Shown piece after piece: positions 1-6,099 of a stretch of DNA of 28,001 bases. The notes beneath the pieces were generated by a model. That model was not told the DNA's origin, did not search any database, and was given only the letters and a program-made list of their open reading frames with translations. The stretch comes from a virus (taxonomy: Duplodnaviria > Caudoviricetes). A program made the translations under genes and the position numbers. The stretch covers positions 1 through 28,001 of the IMG/VR virus record IMGVR_UViG_3300025732_000209; one strand, written 5' to 3'. Positions within the stretch are counted from its first letter, which is position 1. Every line of letters begins with the position of its first letter.

Positions 1-1579
1 TAGATTTTTTGCGTGGGTGGTCAACTTTATCATTTTTCATAATCTTAAGTTCTGTTAATTCCTCAAACAAAAGTTCGATAGCAGGCATAGCAAGTCTTTC
101 TTCATATACAAGCATAGCCATATCCTCGTAGTGTTTCTTTGCCACAGATACAGTTTCTGTTTTCATACCTACCGCCTGTAATTCATTTTGAATATCAAAT
201 GACTGCCAACGGTCAAATGTAACTAAACCAATATTAAATCCGAGTCTGCGTAGGTTTTGTATCCACTGCTTTACCTCAGATAAATTTACTGGACCTTCTA
301 CCTTCGGCTCCCACCATGCTACAGCGTCTACAACTACTACTGGGGATATCTGCTCGTAGTCTTTAATTACCTGCACATTAACCCATTTCTCAACATGTGC
401 AATTGCTACTGCACACTTGTCATGCTTTTGTGCAAGGTCAGCATGAACAAAATAAACCTTTTCTGGATCTGGCTTAAAGTTTTCTTCAAACCTTCTGAAG
501 GTATCAAGAGGATTTCTAATACTCATACAGGCTCTTACTTTATCCGCCTGCTTAAAAAATGCATCAGAAGCATATGTAGGAACGCAAGCAAAACGCATCA
601 TTGCATCTCCAAGGTCTGTCATAAAAGCAATCTTAAAATCATCAATTTTTCTTGTTGGATTTACTTCCCATGTTGGTCTTTTGATAGCAAATACTCCAGG
701 GTACTTGTATGATTTAATATGATCTTCATCCCAAGCAATGTCAAACCAATTATCTTTATCATCTTCAGGAAGTAATGGATTAACAATAAATCTATGTGTT
801 TTTGACACTGTTTCTTTTTCAGCAATTACTGCTTCATACCGCTCAGAAATAAAATCTCCGTTGTATCTTGGGAATGAAAGAAGAACTACTTTGCCAAGAT
901 CTGGGAAACGAGAATCAACAGATCCACGGAAAGCCTTATAAATATTATCTGCTGTTTTGCCTTGCTCATTACCTGTTGCTACTTCAGATGCAAAACCTGA
1001 AATCTCATCAAGAACTGCAAGCAAAAGATTAAGTCCCTCATGTGATTCTCTTTCTGAGTGACCAGAGTAAACGGTTACAGACTTATCAAAACTGATAGAG
1101 TCTACCTTTGCTTCATACTTACCAGCAAACCATGGTGATCTTTCAATCTTTGATTTAAAGCCTTTAAAGAAAACATTCTTTGCTTGCTGTGCGTTAATGG
1201 CAACATTGATTAAGTCTATAGCGTCTCCAGATGGCTTTCCGAAGTATTTTGCAGGGTCCTTAAGACAAAGTAGTTTGTAAACAATATAAGCACAAGCAAC
1301 AGTAGAAGTAAAATCTTTACCGCTACCCTTCCCCAGTTGTAAGATGATTTCGTTCTTTGTATATTTTTCAAAATACTTTGCCCCCTCTTCTTCACCCATT
1401 ATTATTTTAAGATCTTCTTTTCTATAAATCTGACTCATTGCTTCAACAATGTCATATTGAATATCTGATAAACCAGGCTGCCCCAAATAATCTGGTGACT
1501 CAACAAATGTTTTAGCGTCTACTGGAGTTTCTTCAAAGTGGTTATCGGCAAGAGCCTCAAGAAAATCATCAAACTTCAT
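1..1579 (-). CDS. terL: Terminase large subunit (3' end beyond left edge)
   Basis: Not in the ORF track. Segments translated by hand from ATG 1579 (alternative TTG 1585): MKFDDFLEALADNHFEETPVDAKTF, Walker A LQLGKGSGKD (about 1313-1342), Walker B LLAVLDEISGF (about 992-1024), coupling motif LLSFPR, nuclease motif VHADLAQKHD, and DKVDHPRKKS at the window edge. Confidence 0.93.
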   Translation of the reverse strand, partial: MKFDDFLEALADNHFEETPVDAKTFVESPDYLGQPGLSDIQYDIVEAMSQIYRKEDLKIIMGEEEGAKYFEKYTKNEIILQLGKGSGKDFTSTVACAYIVYKLLCLKDPAKYFGKPSGDAIDLINVAINAQQAKNVFFKGFKSKIERSPWFAGKYEAKVDSISFDKSVTVYSGHSERESHEGLNLLLAVLDEISGFASEVATGNEQGKTADNIYKAFRGSVDSRFPDLGKVVLLSFPRYNGDFISERYEAVIAEKETVSKTHRFIVNPLLPEDDKDNWFDIAWDEDHIKSYKYPGVFAIKRPTWEVNPTRKIDDFKIAFMTDLGDAMMRFACVPTYASDAFFKQADKVRACMSIRNPLDTFRRFEENFKPDPEKVYFVHADLAQKHDKCAVAIAHVEKWVNVQVIKDYEQISPVVVVDAVAWWEPKVEGPVNLSEVKQWIQNLRRLGFNIGLVTFDRWQSFDIQNELQAVGMKTETVSVAKKHYEDMAMLVYEERLAMPAIELLFEELTELKIMKNDKVDHPRKKS

Positions 1580-2102
1580 GGACAATTGTAATCACTTCAT
1601 CCTTTTTAGCAATATCAGAAAGTCTACGCATAATCTCATCACGAATTTCTGGATGCTCAGACGCTATATCTCGAAGAATTGCCATAAGAACTTCTTGCTT
1701 CTTTTCAATTTGTAGCATCTCTTCTGCTAATTCTTTATTCTCAAGTAGTCCTGCTTTTTGTAACATATCAATTCTCTTAGACTCAATGTCCATAACTAGT
1801 TTAATTGCAGCAGTTTTTGCGCTAAGATTATTGGTCATAGATGCTTCATCAATAACTTCATAAGACTTACTAATCAACTTGTTGTAATGTGTATCTGCAA
1901 CAGCAAGTGCTTCTTTAGCACGAGCACGAATTGCATCGTTAGCAGAAGCCATTACCTTCCACTCATTAATATGTTGAACTACACGAGTTCTTGGAATGGC
2001 AAGATCTTTAGAAATTTTAGTTGCGTCGTTACCTTTTAAATATTCTCCAACAACTATATTGATCTCATCTAGATGCTTAACTAAATCTTCTTCAGTCGAC
2101 AT
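1569..2102 (-). CDS. Putative terminase small subunit (N-terminal HTH plus helical oligomerisation region)
   Basis: 177 aa overlapping the terL start; HTH-like ATKISKDLAIPRTRVVQHINEW followed by amphipathic helices. Assignment rests on position and architecture. Confidence 0.65.
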   Translation of the reverse strand: MSTEEDLVKHLDEINIVVGEYLKGNDATKISKDLAIPRTRVVQHINEWKVMASANDAIRARAKEALAVADTHYNKLISKSYEVIDEASMTNNLSAKTAAIKLVMDIESKRIDMLQKAGLLENKELAEEMLQIEKKQEVLMAILRDIASEHPEIRDEIMRRLSDIAKKDEVITIVHEV

Positions 2103-2427
2103 TTCTTTCCTTTGCTATTTTTAAAAGTACAAGGTAGCCAATTAAATCGTCTATATCGTTGTCTCCTGGATACTCAGAGCCTTTCATAAGTCTGCTTAAC
2201 TTATCATCAATACGAACATGTAACTGTTCTCTAGGATCTGATTTGCTAAAAATTCTTACAGGGCTAAGTGCAGAATCTCCATAAGCAATATTTTTATCTA
2301 TCAACATTTTTGCAATGTTATGACATGTATCTAAAATTTGTATCCCAGACGGGGCACCAGTAGAATGCAAATACAAATCTTGACAACTAAAATTTTTAAC
2401 ATCTGAGTATACTGGTTCTGGTCTCAT
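2092..2427 (-). CDS. DUF1599 / nucleotide modification associated domain 1 (Nmad1)-like protein
   Basis: Motifs KNIAYGDS, VRIDDKLSRL and DIDDLIGYLVL match the recalled family pattern KNxDYG..RxxDKxxR..DLxxY. Confidence 0.75.
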   Translation of the reverse strand: MRPEPVYSDVKNFSCQDLYLHSTGAPSGIQILDTCHNIAKMLIDKNIAYGDSALSPVRIFSKSDPREQLHVRIDDKLSRLMKGSEYPGDNDIDDLIGYLVLLKIAKERNVD

Positions 2428-2579
2428 CGCTTTGACTTCCTTAATCCAAACTTGGCAAGGTATACATAAACAGTTTCCACACTAACCCCACATTCTTGTG
2501 CTATGGCCTCTGGAGTTTTTTTATCAATATGATATCTTTTCTTAAGCCATAATTCATTTGTATATAGTTTAGCAGCCAT
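2424..2579 (-). CDS. Small HTH DNA-binding protein (51 aa)
   Basis: Below the track cutoff: MAAKLYTNELWLKKRYHIDKKTPEAIAQECGVSVETVYVYLAKFGLRKSKR. Classic HTH EAIAQECGVSVETV; ATGA overlap with the next gene; fills the 2427-2591 gap. Confidence 0.85.
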   Translation of the reverse strand: MAAKLYTNELWLKKRYHIDKKTPEAIAQECGVSVETVYVYLAKFGLRKSKR

Positions 2580-2594
2580 AGCAGTTCCTGTCAA
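2566..2594 (-). promoter_or_regulatory. Housekeeping-sigma-type promoter
   Basis: TTGACA (2594-2589), 17 nt spacer ending TGC, TAAACT (2571-2566). Confidence 0.6.
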
Positions 2595-3190
2595 ATCGCC
2601 TTATCCCAATTATTTATTGCCCAATGTCCTATCCCAGCAGAGTCAGCAACATCGTTATCTGTTATTTTTTTATCATAAATAACATCTAATAATTTAATCG
2701 TTCTTTGCTTTCTAAAATCTCTTTCATATGTTTTATACCAAGAAGTTGACTTGTTCGGATTTAATGATCTTATGTGTATCTGTTCTTCCTTAGTTAATTT
2801 TTTATTTCCTAAATAAGATTGCCAAGTAATTGGCGATACCTTTCCTATAATGTTGACACCAGCCAGACCAGCACCACCAATTATTGCACCCTGAACAAGA
2901 GCAAGATCTGCAGCAGTTTTCGGGGAATTCATAAAAACAGTATGTTCAATTACGATAGCCTCAACAAGATTATAGTGCTGGAATAATGCTTTAGTTTTTT
3001 TATTTGCATCTATAACTTTTTGATATATATCTTTTCCCTCAAAAGTAATTTTGCCATGATCTGATAAATTTTTATACGAGTAGATAGTAAAAGCCAAACT
3101 GTTAGTGCTTGCATCAATAGCACAAATAACTCCAGGCTGAACAGATAGTTCTGGCCTAAAATATCTATCTGTTTCTTTTGCTTTTGTCAT
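2591..3190 (-). CDS. RuvC-like Holliday junction resolvase (RNase H fold)
   Basis: Acidic motifs ICAIDAS, IVIEH and DNDVADS in RuvC order. Confidence 0.8.
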   Translation of the reverse strand: MTKAKETDRYFRPELSVQPGVICAIDASTNSLAFTIYSYKNLSDHGKITFEGKDIYQKVIDANKKTKALFQHYNLVEAIVIEHTVFMNSPKTAADLALVQGAIIGGAGLAGVNIIGKVSPITWQSYLGNKKLTKEEQIHIRSLNPNKSTSWYKTYERDFRKQRTIKLLDVIYDKKITDNDVADSAGIGHWAINNWDKAI

Positions 3191-3461
3191 TAGACATTCC
3201 TTTTATTTGTCCTAAAGTTTTTTTAACATCGTTTGGATTTATGTTACAGTTATTGCATAAAACATCATCATTATAAATAGATAGTTTTTCATTGCATTTT
3301 TTGCAGCGACGATCTTTTCCTTTTCTTTTTTGTCTTCTTAAATGGACATATCTTTGTGAAATTTTTTCTTTTGTTGCAAGTTCTCTACAACTATCAGAAC
3401 AGTAAATCTGATAGGAAACATTAGAAATAAAGTTAGACTCACACCATTTACATGTCTTCAT
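3165..3461 (-). CDS. Cys-rich double zinc-finger protein
   Basis: CKWC, CSDSC, CKKC, CNNC (8 Cys) with a basic linker; overlaps both neighbours. Confidence 0.7.
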   Translation of the reverse strand: MKTCKWCESNFISNVSYQIYCSDSCRELATKEKISQRYVHLRRQKRKGKDRRCKKCNEKLSIYNDDVLCNNCNINPNDVKKTLGQIKGMSNDKSKRNR

Positions 3462-4308
3462 CTTTCAGCAACTCCAGAGGTTTAAGTTTAATTACCCCTG
3501 TCTCTGCTTCAGCACATGCTTTTTGAATTGGACAAACTTTACAGATCTTAGAATTGGAACGATAAGGTTTTTGTGGCAACTCTCTATCTTTCCAAGACTT
3601 GTGTACTGTTCGCATCCAATCAAAAGCCTGGTCTACCCACCGACGGTAATGATCGTTTACTACTACAGGCAAAGTTAACAATTCATGATTATTTTTATTT
3701 TCATAAATCATTACACCCTTACCAATTTTCCAAACCTTCATATAGATTAATAATTGCATAAGATGACCCATCTTAGGCTTTCTACTATTCTTTTTATATT
3801 CAAATCCTTCATTAGTTATTGTTTTAATTTCACCAACTAGTCTTTCTCCATTATAATTAAGCATAACATCACCATAACCATCAAACGGAGGATCTTCTGT
3901 CTTAACTCTAAATTCCATTGATGGATGTGTTTGCTTATTATATTTTCTTGGAAGCGGATCCATTTCCATGTCTTGATCAAGAAGTCCAGACGCTTCTATA
4001 GCCTCTTGTATTCTTTCATGTCCGAGAGTTCCATTAGTTCTATTAGCAACACCGTATGCGTCAGAGTTGTCATAATGCACTGCTCCATCAAACGCAAGGT
4101 ACCAATATCTTGGACACTCTCCAGCGCCATATGTTAGACCAGAAGCAGAAAAGTTATTCTTTTTAGTAAACTTTGGCTTTGTTTTTGTTAAGTATCCAGA
4201 CTCTATTTTTTCAATTAAGCCCTCGATGAAACTTCCGTCTTCACCATTGCTTGTAGTATTATTTTTATTTGAATCTTTTATCATTACTTCTTTTAGTAAA
4301 TTTTTCAT
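3448..4308 (-). CDS. Solo Cas4-like / RecB-family PD-(D/E)XK exonuclease with Fe-S cysteines
   Basis: SAS..CPR, GTLGHE, GYGD, EIKT, QLLIY and C-terminal CKVCPIQKAC; SD AAAGGA upstream. Confidence 0.87.
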   Translation of the reverse strand: MKNLLKEVMIKDSNKNNTTSNGEDGSFIEGLIEKIESGYLTKTKPKFTKKNNFSASGLTYGAGECPRYWYLAFDGAVHYDNSDAYGVANRTNGTLGHERIQEAIEASGLLDQDMEMDPLPRKYNKQTHPSMEFRVKTEDPPFDGYGDVMLNYNGERLVGEIKTITNEGFEYKKNSRKPKMGHLMQLLIYMKVWKIGKGVMIYENKNNHELLTLPVVVNDHYRRWVDQAFDWMRTVHKSWKDRELPQKPYRSNSKICKVCPIQKACAEAETGVIKLKPLELLKDEDM

Positions 4309-4328
4309 TATTATCCTTTGTTTGTATA

Positions 4329-4337
4329 ATTATATCA
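4329..4337 (-). promoter_or_regulatory. Extended -10 promoter candidate upstream of the Cas4-like gene
   Basis: TGATATAAT in one of the few intergenic gaps; no clear -35. Confidence 0.5.
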
Positions 4338-4341
4338 GATA

Positions 4342-4647
4342 TCAGCGAGTTATGTATTTGAGTGCAGAAACAAGATTATTTATAGACTCTGCTGCCGTAT
4401 AATAAATGTTCTTTTTGCCTCTGTCTGACTTATCCACATTGGCCATCCATGTTGCTCTAAATGCCATTTTGGCTGCAATTGCCTGTAGTCTTACTATCTC
4501 TAATGTTGCCACATTCATTGGGATGTCTGGCTTAATAATTATCTTAGCAATAAATGTAAGGGCTGAGGTTAACTCATCATCCTCCATATATTCTGCTATT
4601 TCTGACAAACCGTTAATCATTTCTAATGTTGTATTATTCTGTTCCAT
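4342..4647 (-). CDS. Hypothetical all-helical protein
   Basis: 101 aa ORF tiling the operon. A UvsY-like mediator role is only a positional guess. Confidence 0.75.
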   Translation of the reverse strand: MEQNNTTLEMINGLSEIAEYMEDDELTSALTFIAKIIIKPDIPMNVATLEIVRLQAIAAKMAFRATWMANVDKSDRGKKNIYYTAAESINNLVSALKYITR

Positions 4648-4924
4648 TATTCACCATCTGTTCTAGTAGTTCTAACTCTATTATAGCAAGTCTTACCTTT
4701 TTAGACCCCTCGCCAAGTACCACTACGATGGCTGGATCATTGCCATTTCGTATAGCATCTGTGGTTGCTTTAGCCCATACATCCTGATTTAGTGTAAAAG
4801 ATTTTGAGTTTTCTTTAAAATCTACAGTAAAGTTTACCCAAGTAGCATCGCCCTTCTTAGTATTTCTACCAGAATTTTTGTGCTGCTTTGCCCCTAACCT
4901 TTTACTTTCGTTTTTTTCAGTCAT
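4634..4924 (-). CDS. Hjc-like (PD-(D/E)XK) Holliday junction resolvase
   Basis: SGR..KGDA..VDFKE motif followed by PAIVVVL strand; ATG 4924 (MTEKNESKR) preferred over the track start at 4948. Confidence 0.65.
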   Translation of the reverse strand: MTEKNESKRLGAKQHKNSGRNTKKGDATWVNFTVDFKENSKSFTLNQDVWAKATTDAIRNGNDPAIVVVLGEGSKKVRLAIIELELLEQMVNNGTE

Positions 4925-5093
4925 TTCTTTTGACTTTCTTATATCCAACCTTAAACAATTGAACTTCTGATAAATGCTTATCTTGACACATCCAGGATGC
5001 CATCCCAGTTGATATGTATACCCTGATAGTTTTTACTTCTTTTTTACAAGTTTTGCAAGGAAATTTTCCTTCAAATATTGTGTACTTATCCAC
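4917..5093 (-). CDS. Small zinc-ribbon protein (58 aa)
   Basis: Below the track cutoff: GTG start, MDKYTIFEGKFPCKTCKKEVKTIRVYISTGMASWMCQDKHLSEVQLFKVGYKKVKRND; CxxC..CxxxH; fills the gap and overlaps both neighbours. Confidence 0.75.
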   Translation of the reverse strand: MDKYTIFEGKFPCKTCKKEVKTIRVYISTGMASWMCQDKHLSEVQLFKVGYKKVKRND

Positions 5094-6099
5094 TGATCTT
5101 AGTCTTAATCATATCTTGTAGATCAAGATCCTCTCTTACTCTATTAACAAATCCATCTCTACCCTGAACCTTTGATCCATCTGGGAGAACATACCACGCT
5201 CCAGTTCTTTCAACAATACCAACTAACTCAGCAGTGTCAACAAGATCAGCGACCCCATCAATGCCCAAAGTATCGCCTCTAAAATAGAAATCATATTCAC
5301 CAGACTGAAAAGCAGGGCTAGTTTTACTAAATTGAAGTTCCCACCTAATCTTTCTACCAATCTTCTCTTCAATAGCCTTGTCACCAACATATATCTTTCC
5401 TTTCAACGCTTGATTATCTGATTCAGATGAAAATAGTTTAACAACAGTAGAAGAATAAAACTTTGTAGCCTGACCACCAGTTGGTTGCTGGCTTGTGTAC
5501 ATTGCATTAATATTATTTCTAGATTGAGAAATAAGAATTAATAGTGTTGGCTTAACCTTATTATTTGCATAGTTAAGCATCTTCCAAGCGTTACTAAAGT
5601 CACGAGACTCTGCACCAATTTGCTTTGTATTTTCTAACTGCTTTAATTCTGATGAATCTTTTTCAAAATAAATTGCTGGAAGCAAAGAGGTAATTGAGTC
5701 AACAACAATTATATCAACTCCAGCCTCAATTAGGTTTACTCCAACATCGACCATTTCATTAATAGTTCTTGCTTGTGAAACAATTAGTTTTGAGGTATCT
5801 ACGCCTAACTTTTCTGCCCACTCTTTGTCGTATGACATTTCTGCATCAATCCATGCACAGATCTTTCCTTCTTTTTGCGCTAAAGCAATTGTTTGAAGGC
5901 ATAAAGATGATTTTGCGCTTGACTTACTTCCCCAAATGAGAACTTGTCTACCGTAGGGCAGGCCACCATTTAGTGCACGATTTAACCCAAAACTTGGTGT
6001 TGCTGCATACTCTGTTTTTGGTACTTCATCACCTACAAGAATATTCTTTCTTAATTTTGGATTTAGTTGTGCTAATACATCTTCAAGGCTAACTGACAT
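5086..6099 (-). CDS. recA: RecA/UvsX-like recombinase
   Basis: GGLPYGR, variant Walker A GSKSSAKS, WIDAE, Walker B IIVVDS, PTGGQATKFYSS, GAWY. Confidence 0.95.
   Translation of the reverse strand: MSVSLEDVLAQLNPKLRKNILVGDEVPKTEYAATPSFGLNRALNGGLPYGRQVLIWGSKSSAKSSLCLQTIALAQKEGKICAWIDAEMSYDKEWAEKLGVDTSKLIVSQARTINEMVDVGVNLIEAGVDIIVVDSITSLLPAIYFEKDSSELKQLENTKQIGAESRDFSNAWKMLNYANNKVKPTLLILISQSRNNINAMYTSQQPTGGQATKFYSSTVVKLFSSESDNQALKGKIYVGDKAIEEKIGRKIRWELQFSKTSPAFQSGEYDFYFRGDTLGIDGVADLVDTAELVGIVERTGAWYVLPDGSKVQGRDGFVNRVREDLDLQDMIKTKISG

Noticed and set aside
3448-4308. CRISPR-Cas system suggested by the Cas4-like gene
   Set aside because: No repeat-spacer array or other cas gene seen; context is recombination.
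5213-5240. TTGACA-N16-TATTGT inside recA
   Set aside because: Short spacer and weak -10; plausible but not distinguishable from chance.
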